A stretch of DNA of 31,317 bases from Lachnospiraceae bacterium MD308 (GCA_010206225.2 VIQU02000005.1:99027-130343); one strand, 5' to 3'; positions 8,583 to 18,003 are shown, numbered from the stretch's first letter. Notes: generated by a model not told the origin, from the sequence alone. Translations and numbers: made by a program.

Positions 8583-9275
8583 CTAATAAAAACTGGCAAA
8601 TACCGTCGCCCCAACGACAGTACACAACCCACTGAGCACGATCGCAAGACTGCTCATCGCACCTTCTACTTCTCCCATCTCCATCGCTTTCGCCGTTCCG
8701 ATCGCATGAGACGCCGTTCCGATAGCGATACCTCTCGACACAGCATGTCTGATCCGAAACACCCTGCACATCAGTTCTGCTATCATATTTCCAAGTACTC
8801 CGGTAATGATGATTACTGCCGTCGTGATCACTACATATCCGCCAAGCTCTTCTGACACACCCATTCCGATCGCTGTTGTGATAGACTTCGGGAGCAATGT
8901 CACATACTCCTCATGGGACAGATGAAAAAGGACTGCCAACGCAAGCACTGATCCAAGACTCGTCAGCACGCCCGCCAATATTCCTATACATATAGCTACG
9001 ACATTCTTTTTCAGAAGTTCCATCTGCTGATACAGCGGAATTGCCAGACTGACTGTCGCAGGAGTAAGAAGATAACTCAGATACTTTGCGCTATTATTAT
9101 ATGCATTATAATCCACTTTGAATATCAACAAAAATCCAATAACCAGAACGATAGAAATCAGAAGAGGATTCAGTATCGGCAACTTCCATCTTTTCTTAGC
9201 CTCCATTCCTATCAAATAGCTGATCAGGCTTATCACTACTCCTGCAGTTACAGAATCCTGAAAAAATTCATTCAT
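8583..9275 (-). CDS. lrgB: LrgB/CidB family murein-hydrolase modulator
   Basis: 230 aa polytopic membrane protein that overlaps lrgA by 8 nt. The pairing is typical of lrgAB. Confidence 0.85.
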   Translation of the reverse strand: MNEFFQDSVTAGVVISLISYLIGMEAKKRWKLPILNPLLISIVLVIGFLLIFKVDYNAYNNSAKYLSYLLTPATVSLAIPLYQQMELLKKNVVAICIGILAGVLTSLGSVLALAVLFHLSHEEYVTLLPKSITTAIGMGVSEELGGYVVITTAVIIITGVLGNMIAELMCRVFRIRHAVSRGIAIGTASHAIGTAKAMEMGEVEGAMSSLAIVLSGLCTVVGATVFASFY

Positions 9276-9627
9276 GACCTTTTTTTCTCCTTTCGATCAG
9301 ATAATCTGTTACCTTGCCTGCCGCGATCATTACAAAACATGTGTTCAGAGGTATCATTACGCATAACGAAGCCAGAATCCCCTTTATCTGCGTCCATGAA
9401 GTCACCAATCCTGCCGCTGCCGGAATAAACATCAACGGCATGATCTCTATGAGAAATAATCCCGCCTCCTTTACTTGTTCAAGCTTCACTAATCTAAAGG
9501 TCAGCAGCAGAAATAACAGCAGAAGTCCATAGATACTTGCCGGAACCGGCAATGGTATCATGTACTTTAATACCTCTCCGGCAAATGTAACCGCCAGTAT
9601 AATCCCAAATTGCTTTATATACTTCAT
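9268..9627 (-). CDS. lrgA: LrgA/CidA holin-like protein
   Basis: 119 aa with four hydrophobic helices, directly upstream of lrgB. Confidence 0.8.
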   Translation of the reverse strand: MKYIKQFGIILAVTFAGEVLKYMIPLPVPASIYGLLLLFLLLTFRLVKLEQVKEAGLFLIEIMPLMFIPAAAGLVTSWTQIKGILASLCVMIPLNTCFVMIAAGKVTDYLIERRKKGHE

Positions 9628-9690
9628 GAAAATTCTCTCCTCACATTCTGTGCCTGTATTTTTTACGTACGCTTACCGGCATACATGCAT

Positions 9691-9723
9691 AAAAAGAGGC
9701 AAAGCTTTTATACTTTGTCTCTT
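9691..9723 (-). terminator. Rho-independent terminator after fruR
   Basis: On the minus strand: aagagacaaag-tataaaag-ctttgcctctt followed by TTTTT. Confidence 0.55.
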
Positions 9724-9730
9724 TTCCCTG

Positions 9731-10477
9731 TTATTCAACAACTAGTATATTCTCATATTCTTCATACCCGACACTGTATTTATCTGTTATGAATACCGTC
9801 CCGTAAAACGGAGCAAACGTCACAGAGCTTATGATATCAAACTTGGAGTTGTCACAAAGCACATAACAATTTTTACACTGCTCCATAGCTGTCTGCTTCA
9901 CCATCGCTTCATTGGCATCCGGCGTTGTGCAGCCGCTTTTTTTTGCCACTCCGTTAGTCCCAAAAAAGCCCTTCGTAAAATGATACCCCTGAAGCATCCG
10001 CATTGCCTGATTTCCGACAATCGCCTCTGTAGAGGCCTTCAATTCACCGCCTATCAGCAGAACCTTCATCCCTTTGGACACAAGACGCTGGGCATGAGCG
10101 AATGCATTTGTCACAAAAGTAGCCCTCTTTTCACCGATATAGTCTAACATGTATCCTGTCGTCGTACCTGCGTCCAGATAAATAAAATCCTCCGGTTCTA
10201 TGAGCGATGCCGCATACTTTGCGATTCTCTGCTTTTCCTCCCGGTTTAAGTCCAGCTTCTGAGCCACCGTATATTCGTGGGCAGTCACAGCATCGTTTCC
10301 TGCTGTGACTGCACCGCCAAATACTTTGACAAGCTTACCTTCACGGTCAAGCGCTGTGATGTCCCGGCGCACCGTAGATTCCGATGTGTCCAGCATATCC
10401 TTTACTTCCGTCACCGTGACACTTCCATTCTCCTCCAGAAGCTTTAGTATCAGTTCATGCCTTTGCTTTGTTAACAT
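9731..10477 (-). CDS. fruR: DeoR-family transcriptional repressor (fructose operon regulator type)
   Basis: N-terminal HTH (RHELILKLLEENGSVTVTEVKDMLDTSESTVRRDI) plus a DeoR C-terminal sensor domain. The ATG directly abuts the ptsI stop. Confidence 0.8.
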   Translation of the reverse strand: MLTKQRHELILKLLEENGSVTVTEVKDMLDTSESTVRRDITALDREGKLVKVFGGAVTAGNDAVTAHEYTVAQKLDLNREEKQRIAKYAASLIEPEDFIYLDAGTTTGYMLDYIGEKRATFVTNAFAHAQRLVSKGMKVLLIGGELKASTEAIVGNQAMRMLQGYHFTKGFFGTNGVAKKSGCTTPDANEAMVKQTAMEQCKNCYVLCDNSKFDIISSVTFAPFYGTVFITDKYSVGYEEYENILVVE

Positions 10478-12121
10478 CTATTTTCCCGCCTTGTACTCTT
10501 CTACATTCGTCTCCAGCACTATTTTCCGAATCGGGAGAATGCTTCCCGGTGATACAGACAGCTCGTCAACCCCCATTGCAAGAAACTCTTTTGTAAGTGT
10601 CTGGTCTGCGCCAAGCTCGCCGCAGATACCCGCCCAAATCCCTGCCTTGTGCGCATTTTCCACTACTCTGGAAATCATGCGCAGGATTGCCGGATGATGG
10701 GAATCATAAAATTCATCCAATTTCGTGTTCTGGCGGTCAATTGCAAGAGTATACTGTGTCAGATCATTTGTACCGATACTGAAGAAATCAACCTCCTTCG
10801 CCAGCTCATCACTCACGATTGCTGCTGCCGGAGTCTCGATCATAATGCCCTGTTCCGGTTCGCCATATTCGATTCCCTGATCTGTAAGCTCTGCCTTTAC
10901 AAGCGCCACGATCTCCTTTATCCGCTGCACTTCCTTCACACTTGTGATCATCGGATACATAATAGCAATCTTTCCATACGCACTGGCACGGAACAATGCG
11001 CGAAGCTGTGTCTTAAACACTTCCGGTCTTGTAAGACAGATACGGATTGCCCGATAGCCAAGCGCCGGGTTCTCCTCATGCTCCATCTCAAAATAATCAC
11101 ACTGCTTGTCAGCTCCGATATCCAGAGTACGTATGATAACACGCTTGCCTGCCATCGTCTCCGCCACTTGCTTATATACTTGAAACTGCTCTTCTTCTGT
11201 AGGATAATTATCCTTCTCAAGATAAATAAATTCACTTCTGAAAAGTCCGATTCCGCCGGCGTCATTCTGCAGAACTGTCGCAAGATCTTTTATATTGCCG
11301 ATATTCGCATACAGCATGACCTTTTTACCGTCAAGAGTAACATTCTCCCTGCCCTTCAGCGTCTGGAGAAGTTCTTTGCGCTCTTCATCCTCCTGCTTTC
11401 TCTTTTTCATCATCTCAAGAGTCTCTTCATCCGGATCAACATATATCTTTCCGGCTGCTCCGTCTACAATTCCAAGCTTTCCGTCTACCGACTCATCCAA
11501 AGGAATCGGGGTTCCCACAAGTGCCGGAATCGCCATGGTTCTTGCCAGAATCGCCGTATGCGAATTCAGCGAACCGTGAACTGTGACAAAGGAAAGCACC
11601 ATGTCCTTATCAAGCTGCACAGTCTCTGACGGTGCAAGGTCATCCGCCACGATAATAGACGGCTCATTCGTTCCGGCTCCCCGCCCGCTCTCTCCGTTTA
11701 ATATAGAAAGAACTCGCTCGGAAATATCTTTTACATCCGCAGCTCTCTCTCTCATATAATCGTCATCCATTGCCGCAAACATCTGGGCAAAATTATCTGC
11801 CGTTGATGCTACCGCATACTCAGCATTAATCCCCTGCGTACGCACCATATTTTCAATGGAATCGTTGTAATCATCATCATCCAGCATCATCTGGTGAACC
11901 TCAAAGATTGCAGCATTGGCCTCTCCCACTTCCCGGAGCGCCTTGTCATAAAGTCCCTGAAGCTGCCTTACAGCCTCAGCCTTCGCAGCTTCATAGCGTG
12001 TAATCTCAGTCTCTGCATCATCAACCTTCACTCGCTTAACCTGCTGCTCACCCTTTTTATATACACTGATCTTGCCGATCGCAACTCCATTAAAAACACT
12101 CTTGCCTTCATATATATTCAT
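10478..12121 (-). CDS. ptsI: Phosphoenolpyruvate-protein phosphotransferase (PTS Enzyme I)
   Basis: I place the start at MNIYEGKS (ATG 12121, RBS aaggag). Contains the phospho-His region GSLNSHTAILAR and a PEP-utilising C-terminal domain. The ORF-track N-terminal extension lies in GC-rich spacer DNA. Confidence 0.9.
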   Translation of the reverse strand: MNIYEGKSVFNGVAIGKISVYKKGEQQVKRVKVDDAETEITRYEAAKAEAVRQLQGLYDKALREVGEANAAIFEVHQMMLDDDDYNDSIENMVRTQGINAEYAVASTADNFAQMFAAMDDDYMRERAADVKDISERVLSILNGESGRGAGTNEPSIIVADDLAPSETVQLDKDMVLSFVTVHGSLNSHTAILARTMAIPALVGTPIPLDESVDGKLGIVDGAAGKIYVDPDEETLEMMKKRKQEDEERKELLQTLKGRENVTLDGKKVMLYANIGNIKDLATVLQNDAGGIGLFRSEFIYLEKDNYPTEEEQFQVYKQVAETMAGKRVIIRTLDIGADKQCDYFEMEHEENPALGYRAIRICLTRPEVFKTQLRALFRASAYGKIAIMYPMITSVKEVQRIKEIVALVKAELTDQGIEYGEPEQGIMIETPAAAIVSDELAKEVDFFSIGTNDLTQYTLAIDRQNTKLDEFYDSHHPAILRMISRVVENAHKAGIWAGICGELGADQTLTKEFLAMGVDELSVSPGSILPIRKIVLETNVEEYKAGK

Positions 12122-12372
12122 ATTTTGGTCTCCTTCTAATATAAGGGGGACACATCTTTTGCATCCCCCTTTGCGAGCACGATTTGCTGTCCGCCCGCAG
12201 TCCTTCCCAGACGTCCAGCCCACGCCTATTCGCAAAACGCACCTTCGGTGCTTTTCCGCTGCTTCGCAGCTCTTTTTGCTCATATTCTCGGCGCTCCCTC
12301 AGACCCGCGGTCTACTGCCAAATTCGTGCGAGCACGATTTGTCATCCGCCCTTGGTCTGGCTGAACTGGTTG

Positions 12373-12630
12373 TTATAGGTTTTCCTGCATGAATTTACTT
12401 ACTTCTTCGTATGCTTTCTCTTCATCTTCTCCGTCGAATGTAAGCGTTACTTCGTCACCTTTCTTTGCGCCGAGTCCCATTACTCCGAAGATCGCCTTTG
12501 CGTTCATTGCTTTTTGGCCTTTTGCGATCTTGATATCGCATGCAAATTCCTTAACTGTCTTTACAAGGATTCCTGCCGGACGTGCATGAATTCCTTCTGG
12601 ATCTGTGATTACATACTTAAATTCTTTCAT
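12373..12630 (-). CDS. ptsH: Phosphocarrier protein HPr (His15 present; position 46 is Ala)
   Basis: 85 aa with GIHARPAG at residues 13-20 and ...NAKAIFGVMGLG where canonical HPr has KSxMGVMSLG. Confidence 0.85.
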   Translation of the reverse strand: MKEFKYVITDPEGIHARPAGILVKTVKEFACDIKIAKGQKAMNAKAIFGVMGLGAKKGDEVTLTFDGEDEEKAYEEVSKFMQENL

Positions 12631-12662
12631 TGTTTAATTCCTCCGTTTTCTTTTTTATTAAC

Positions 12663-14573
12663 TTACTGTACTTTTTTCTTCAGAATTCCTAAAAGGAATG
12701 CCGAAATTACCGTTCCCACTACTAAAGCCACCAGATACATCACTGCGTTCTCCATTACCGGTACTACGAAGATCCCCCCGTGAGGCGCCATCAAGGTACA
12801 TCCAAATATCATGGAAAGTCCTCCTGCCGCTGCCGAACCAATAATACAGGACGGCAGTACGCGCGCCGGATCTGCTGCTGCAAAAGGAATCGCTCCCTCT
12901 GTTATAAATGCAAGTCCCATAATAAAGTTAGTCGGGCCAGACTCTCTTTCTTCTTTTGTAAATTTGTTTTTAAATAACATGGTTGCAAGTGCAATCGCAC
13001 ACGGAGGCGTCATACCGCCGATCATAACTGCTGCCATTACATCATAGTTTCCAGAAGCAATTGCCGCTGTACCGAATACATATGCTGCCTTGTTGAACGG
13101 GCCGCCCATATCAATTGCCATCATGCCTCCGAGGATCATTCCTAACACAAGCTTACTTGAACCGCCCATACTTGTCAATCCATTATTTAAGGCTGTGTTG
13201 ATTCCTCCCATGATGGGTTCTACAATAAATGTCATCAAAAGTCCCATGATCAGGATTCCAAGAACCGGGTACAAAAGAACCGGCGCAATCTTTTCAATCG
13301 CTTCCGGCAGCTTATCACATACAACCCGAAGCGCCTTGATAATGTAGCCTGCCGCAAATCCTGCAACCAAAGCGCCGAGAAAGCCTGACGTTCCGTTAGC
13401 AGCCATCATACCGCCTACGAATCCAACTGCAAGCGCCGGTCTGTCGCCAATCGCCATAGCGATAAATCCTGCCAGCACCGGGAGCATAAATCCGAATGCC
13501 ACGCCGCCGATATTTTTAAATAGCGCAGCTACTGGAGTGATCGTACCAAAGTTTGCTCTCTCCGCAGCCTCTAAAGCATTCATATCTACCAAAAGTCCGT
13601 CAATCAGGAAGGATATCGCGATCAGAATACCGCCACCTACTACAAATGGCAGCATGTGGGATACGCCGTTCATAAGCTGTGTATAAATCTGGTGCCCCAC
13701 GCTTCCCCCTGATTTTGCAGAAGATGTGCTTGCCGATGCATTCGCACTCTTAAAGACCGGCACATTCCCCGACATCGCAAGTTCAATCAGCTCATCTGCT
13801 TTATTGATACCGTCGGATACCTGACGCTCGATAACCTTTTTACCGTCAAAACGATCCATAGGAACCTGCGCGTCGGCCGCAACGATAATGCAGTCAGCCT
13901 CCGCGATTTCTTTCTCTGTAAGCATATTTTTCGCTCCGCCGGAACCTCTTGTTTCAACCTTGACAAAGCACCCTTTTGCTTTAGCGGCTTTCTCAATTCC
14001 CTCCGCCGCCATGTAAGTGTGGGCGATTCCTGTCGGGCAGGAGGTTACCGCAAGGATCTTAACCTGATCCGCAGCCGCCTCTCCCATATCTGCAAGACGC
14101 TCATCCACGCTCTTCTTCTCATCATCTGCCTTATCAATAATTGCAAGAAACTCTTCAGCAGAAGCAGCATTTCTTAAGTTAGAAGTAAATTCCTCATCCA
14201 TAAGCATCATCGACAGTTTACTTAAGACGTCCAGATGTATATTGTCCTCGGTGTTTGGCGCCGCGATCAAAAACATCAGTGTTACCGGCTCACCGTCAAG
14301 TGAGTCAAACTCCACCCCTTCTTTCACAACCATCGCTGCAAGTCCCGGTTTATCTACCGCATCACATTTTCCATGGGGAATCGCAATTCCTTCACCGATA
14401 CCGGTAGTGCTTTCTTCCTCTCTGGCATATACCTGTTTGCGGTAACCTTCCTCATCATTGATCTTCCCACTCTTAGCCATAAGTGCGACAATCTGGTCAA
14501 GAGCTTCATTCTTGCTCTTAGGCGCTCCGTCAAGCGCAACGCTTCGTACGTCCAGCAAATCCGTAATCCTCAT
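12663..14573 (-). CDS. fruA: PTS fructose-specific EIIABC component
   Basis: Contains IIA (IAIPHGK), IIB (VTSCPTGIAHTYMAAE) and a C-terminal polytopic IIC domain. 636 aa. Confidence 0.9.
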   Translation of the reverse strand: MRITDLLDVRSVALDGAPKSKNEALDQIVALMAKSGKINDEEGYRKQVYAREEESTTGIGEGIAIPHGKCDAVDKPGLAAMVVKEGVEFDSLDGEPVTLMFLIAAPNTEDNIHLDVLSKLSMMLMDEEFTSNLRNAASAEEFLAIIDKADDEKKSVDERLADMGEAAADQVKILAVTSCPTGIAHTYMAAEGIEKAAKAKGCFVKVETRGSGGAKNMLTEKEIAEADCIIVAADAQVPMDRFDGKKVIERQVSDGINKADELIELAMSGNVPVFKSANASASTSSAKSGGSVGHQIYTQLMNGVSHMLPFVVGGGILIAISFLIDGLLVDMNALEAAERANFGTITPVAALFKNIGGVAFGFMLPVLAGFIAMAIGDRPALAVGFVGGMMAANGTSGFLGALVAGFAAGYIIKALRVVCDKLPEAIEKIAPVLLYPVLGILIMGLLMTFIVEPIMGGINTALNNGLTSMGGSSKLVLGMILGGMMAIDMGGPFNKAAYVFGTAAIASGNYDVMAAVMIGGMTPPCAIALATMLFKNKFTKEERESGPTNFIMGLAFITEGAIPFAAADPARVLPSCIIGSAAAGGLSMIFGCTLMAPHGGIFVVPVMENAVMYLVALVVGTVISAFLLGILKKKVQ

Positions 14574-14637
14574 GTTACTTCCTCCTTAATTCCTAACTTA
14601 TTTTTTCCTTCTTATTGCTTTCTCCTGCTCTGCTTAT

Positions 14638-15549
14638 CTAATTCTCCTGCAGCTGTCGGTACACTGCTTCAATTTCCGGTTTTGTTGCAAGATTTTCTGA
14701 AAATGCACTTGCGCTTCCGGATGCCACTCCCATGTGAAACGCATGTTTATAATCCTGCTTTTCCATATAGCCCGCCATAAAGCCTGCAACCATGGAATCT
14801 CCCGCTCCTACACCGTTGATGAGCTTACCTTTAGGCGCCGGGGTGTCGTAGACGCTTCCGTCTTCTGCGACAAGCACTGCACCCTCGCCTGCCATGGATA
14901 CAAGAACATTCACCGCTCCCTTTTCCTGAAGCTTTTTCGCATACGGTACAACCGATTCTCTTGTTTTTAATTCCACCCCGAAGATCTCTCCCAGTTCATG
15001 GTTATTGGGTTTGATCAAAAATGGGTGATACGGCAGGACATTCAACAGCAGATCCTTTGTCGCGTCTACTGCGATCCGTACCCCTCTGCCGTCTAAGCGC
15101 TCCATGATCTTCTGATATGCGTCGTCCGGCATGGACGCCGGTATACTTCCTGACAGGAACAGTACGTCTCCCTCGCCCAATGTATCAAGCTTATCCATCA
15201 GCATCTGCACTTTCTCTTCGCTGATCTCGGGGCCCATACCGTTGATCTCCATCCCGTCAATGGACTTAAGCTTTAAGTTAATCCTTGTAAAGCCTTCGTC
15301 AATCCAGATAAAACCATTCTTAACGCCCATCTTCTCCAGACGTCTTACAACCTCTTCTCCTGTAAAACCTGCGATAAATCCCAGCGCCGTACTCTCAATC
15401 CCAAGATTCATAAGGACTGTCGATACATTGATGCCCTTTCCGCCCGGAAGCAGAAGTTCTGAGCTCGTGCGGTTCGTGAGACCAATCTTAAAATCATCAA
15501 CCGATACGATATAATCCAGTGACGGATTAAATGTCACCGTATAGATCAT
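14638..15549 (-). CDS. fruK: 1-phosphofructokinase (PfkB family)
   Basis: 303 aa starting MIYTVTFNPSLDY, with GKGINV and a C-terminal GAGDSMVAG motif. It sits upstream of fruA. Confidence 0.9.
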   Translation of the reverse strand: MIYTVTFNPSLDYIVSVDDFKIGLTNRTSSELLLPGGKGINVSTVLMNLGIESTALGFIAGFTGEEVVRRLEKMGVKNGFIWIDEGFTRINLKLKSIDGMEINGMGPEISEEKVQMLMDKLDTLGEGDVLFLSGSIPASMPDDAYQKIMERLDGRGVRIAVDATKDLLLNVLPYHPFLIKPNNHELGEIFGVELKTRESVVPYAKKLQEKGAVNVLVSMAGEGAVLVAEDGSVYDTPAPKGKLINGVGAGDSMVAGFMAGYMEKQDYKHAFHMGVASGSASAFSENLATKPEIEAVYRQLQEN

Positions 15550-15589
15550 TATGTCACCTCCTCATTTTTTCACGTATTTGCTCGTGTTT

Positions 15590-15632
15590 GACTTTCTGAA
15601 TTTAGTATATCGCCAAATTCATTCAAAGTCAA
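15590..15632 (-). promoter_or_regulatory. fru operon promoter (TTGACT-17-TATACT) overlapped by an imperfect palindrome (candidate FruR operator)
   Basis: On the minus strand the -35 TTGACT is at 15632-15627 and the -10 TATACT is at 15609-15604. The palindrome GACTTTgaatGAATTT...AAATTCagAAAGTC spans 15590-15630. Confidence 0.55.
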
Positions 15633-15702
15633 TCAAACTATTCCACAAATTTTGTGACCGATTTTGGTTGAATTTGCACAAAGCCTTTTTCTCTCTAACA
15701 AG

Positions 15703-15734
15703 AAACACCCGCCTGATCTTACAGGCGGGTGTTT
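15703..15734 (-). terminator. Strong hairpin after tatD
   Basis: aaacacccgcctg-atctta-caggcgggtgttt forms a 13-bp perfect stem. Confidence 0.7.
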
Positions 15735-15749
15735 CTACAATCTTTGATT

Positions 15750-16511
15750 TTACACTCGATACAGCTTCCTTGCATTCTCCTCTGTCTGATTCACGACTTC
15801 CTCGTAAGATACACCCTTCAGCCTTGCAATCTCCTCCGCCGCGTATTTTATATAGGAAGAATTATTGCGCTTTCCACGGTAAGGCTCCGGCGCAAGATAC
15901 GGGCAATCTGTCTCAAGCACAATGGAAGTAAGAGGAATCGCCTCCACTGTCTCTTTAATGCGTCTTCCGTTTTTGAACGTTACCACACCCCCGACTCCGA
16001 TATAATATCCCATCTTCACATACTCCTCTGCCATCTCCTTTGAATAGGAGTAACAGTGGATTACGCCACTAAGACCTTTTCCATGTTCCTTCATAATCTC
16101 CATCGTATCCTGCGCTGCCTCGCGGCTGTGAATATTTACCGGAAACTTAAGCTTCCTCGCCAGATCAAGCTGCCGGATGAACCATTCCTTCTGAAGCTCA
16201 TGGGATTCCTTGTCCCAGTAATAATCTAAACCAATCTCTCCCACCGCCACAACCTTGTCATTCCCAAAAAGCTCCTTCATACGGGCAAACCTCTCTTCAT
16301 CAAGGCTTCCAACCTCATCCGGATGAATTCCCACTGCTGCGTACATAAACGGATACTTCTGCGCCATATTCACAACCCTCTCGCAGGACTCATATGCAGC
16401 GCTGACGTTTACAATCGTACCGACACCTTTTTCCCGCATGGAATTCAGCAGCTCATCGCGGTCATTGTCAAATTGCTTATCATCATAATGTGCATGCGTA
16501 TCAAAAATCAT
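15750..16511 (-). CDS. tatD: TatD-family metal-dependent hydrolase/DNase
   Basis: 253 aa starting MIFDTHAHYDD, with further ...EIGLDY... and ...ETDCPYL motifs. Confidence 0.9.
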   Translation of the reverse strand: MIFDTHAHYDDKQFDNDRDELLNSMREKGVGTIVNVSAAYESCERVVNMAQKYPFMYAAVGIHPDEVGSLDEERFARMKELFGNDKVVAVGEIGLDYYWDKESHELQKEWFIRQLDLARKLKFPVNIHSREAAQDTMEIMKEHGKGLSGVIHCYSYSKEMAEEYVKMGYYIGVGGVVTFKNGRRIKETVEAIPLTSIVLETDCPYLAPEPYRGKRNNSSYIKYAAEEIARLKGVSYEEVVNQTEENARKLYRV

Positions 16512-16789
16512 TTTAAGTAATCCTCTCTTTCTCGTCGGCCCCAGTTCGGCGGTGAAAAGGGGATGCCAGTCCAGACTTCCCCTCTATCAAAATATCTATA
16601 GTTTTCTGCGATTATCCGCAGATCCACCCGGGCATCACCCCGGGTTATACCTGCCACGCACAAAAGAATGCCCGCCACGCGAACGTCTCCCACGCCAATT
16701 AGGGAAAGAATCACTAAAGCTAAGGCAAGGCAAAGCACCGTATAATGGTCAATCAGGCTCCCTAATCTCTGTTGAATCCCATAGACCAT
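16508..16789 (-). CDS. Small hypothetical membrane protein, translationally coupled to tatD
   Basis: 93 aa with RBS ggagga 9 nt upstream, an ATGA stop/start overlap with tatD and two hydrophobic segments. I recognise no family. Confidence 0.45.
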   Translation of the reverse strand: MVYGIQQRLGSLIDHYTVLCLALALVILSLIGVGDVRVAGILLCVAGITRGDARVDLRIIAENYRYFDRGEVWTGIPFSPPNWGRREREDYLK

Positions 16790-16854
16790 GTTCCGTTCTC
16801 CTCCGAATGGCTTGTGATATGAATAACTGGATAAAATTATGTTAAATCAAGAAA

Positions 16855-16880
16855 CCTGATCCCTCGCGGGAAGGATCAGG
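16855..16880 (-). terminator. Hairpin downstream of ddh
   Basis: cctgatcc...ggatcagg forms an 8-bp stem, followed on the minus strand by tttcttgattt. Confidence 0.5.
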
Positions 16881-17016
16881 AAAAGCAAATACTGCAAAAC
16901 AATAAATTTATTCAGTTAATAACGCGCAGATTATTTTTCACAAAAAATTTTTATAGCTATACATGAACATTATAAAACAGGATTTCAAACACTGTCAAGA
17001 AAACTGCGCGGCATTT

Positions 17017-18003
17017 TCACAGCATCTGCGCACGAAGCTCCTCCGGGGTTTTCCGCGACAACAATGCCGGCGCGATATCAAATACACTTCTTGCCCCGCT
17101 CTCGCCCGCTTTCGACAGCCTGTATGCCGCCCGCGCGTAACACACAAGCACGCTGGCCGTAAACTCCGGGTTAGAATCCAGTTTCAGAGAATACTCAATC
17201 ACATGCTTATTCCCCTCGCAGCCCGTTTCGCCGCTTCGGATAACGAACCCGCCGTGGGGCATCTTACTGTGATCCGCCTTTAGCTCTTCCTCTGTGACAA
17301 ACGTTACCGTCGTATCATACTCGTCAAAATAATTCGGCATCGTCTTGATCGCCTGCTCAATCGCCGCCTTATCCGCCCCGTCCTCGGCAACCACATAGCA
17401 CTCCCTCAAGTGCTTATCCCTTGTAGTAAACTCAGGTTCGCTGCCGCTCCTTACTTTGCCTACCGCCTCCTCAATGGGGACTGTATACTGGATGGCGTTC
17501 TTCACCCCGTCAATGCGGCGGATGGCATCAGAATGGCCTTGGCTCACGCCCTTGCCCCAGAATGTATACGTGCTGCCCTGCGCCAGAATAGACTCCGCGT
17601 ACAGGCGGTTCAAAGAGAACATCCCGGGATCCCAGCCCACGGAGATAATGCTCACATTACCGCCGGCCTTCGCCTCCTTGTCCACATTTGCAAAATACTC
17701 CGGAATCTTCGCATGAGTATCAAAGCTATCGATCGTATTAAAGTTCGCCGCAACCTCCGGCCCGATAGCCGGAAGGTCTGTAGCGGAACCACCGCAAAGC
17801 ACCATCACGTCAATCTCATCCTTCATCGAAAGCATGTCGTCAAAATGCTTTACCGCTGCACCTTCCGTCTTTATCGCCACTGCCGCCGGATCTCTTCTGG
17901 TGAAAACAGCTTTTAACTCCATATCCTCATTGCGAACGATCGCCTGCTCGACGCCGCGCCCGATATTGCCATATCCTACGATACCGATTCTAATTTTTTT
18001 CAT
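17017..18003 (-). CDS. ddh: meso-diaminopimelate D-dehydrogenase
   Basis: 328 aa with an N-terminal Rossmann motif IGIVGYGNIGRG and overall resemblance to Ddh (WDPGMFS, GVSQGHSDA). Confidence 0.85.
   Translation of the reverse strand: MKKIRIGIVGYGNIGRGVEQAIVRNEDMELKAVFTRRDPAAVAIKTEGAAVKHFDDMLSMKDEIDVMVLCGGSATDLPAIGPEVAANFNTIDSFDTHAKIPEYFANVDKEAKAGGNVSIISVGWDPGMFSLNRLYAESILAQGSTYTFWGKGVSQGHSDAIRRIDGVKNAIQYTVPIEEAVGKVRSGSEPEFTTRDKHLRECYVVAEDGADKAAIEQAIKTMPNYFDEYDTTVTFVTEEELKADHSKMPHGGFVIRSGETGCEGNKHVIEYSLKLDSNPEFTASVLVCYARAAYRLSKAGESGARSVFDIAPALLSRKTPEELRAQML

Noticed and set aside
8533-8769. 78-aa ORF overlapping lrgB in another frame
   Set aside because: It is nested out of frame within a well-supported membrane-protein gene, and its composition is Cys/Arg/Gly-rich.
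10649-11629. 326-aa ORF on the plus strand
   Set aside because: It lies entirely antisense to ptsI, whose identity is unambiguous. The product is Leu/Ile/Cys/His-rich and low-complexity with no RBS. This is a typical shadow ORF.
12122-12283. 54-codon N-terminal extension of the ptsI ORF, and plus-strand ORFs 12072-12392 and 12184-12378
   Set aside because: The canonical EI N-terminus MNIYEGK with an RBS is at 12121. The extension and antisense ORFs lie in the GC-rich spacer and are Arg/Cys/Gly-rich nonsense.
16552-16845. 97-aa plus-strand ORF
   Set aside because: It is antisense to the small RBS-preceded ORF coupled to tatD, has no RBS of its own and is Pro/Arg-rich.
17410-17916. 168-aa plus-strand ORF, and 16963-17283
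   Set aside because: Both are antisense to ddh. The Arg/His/Leu-rich translations are typical of reverse frames.
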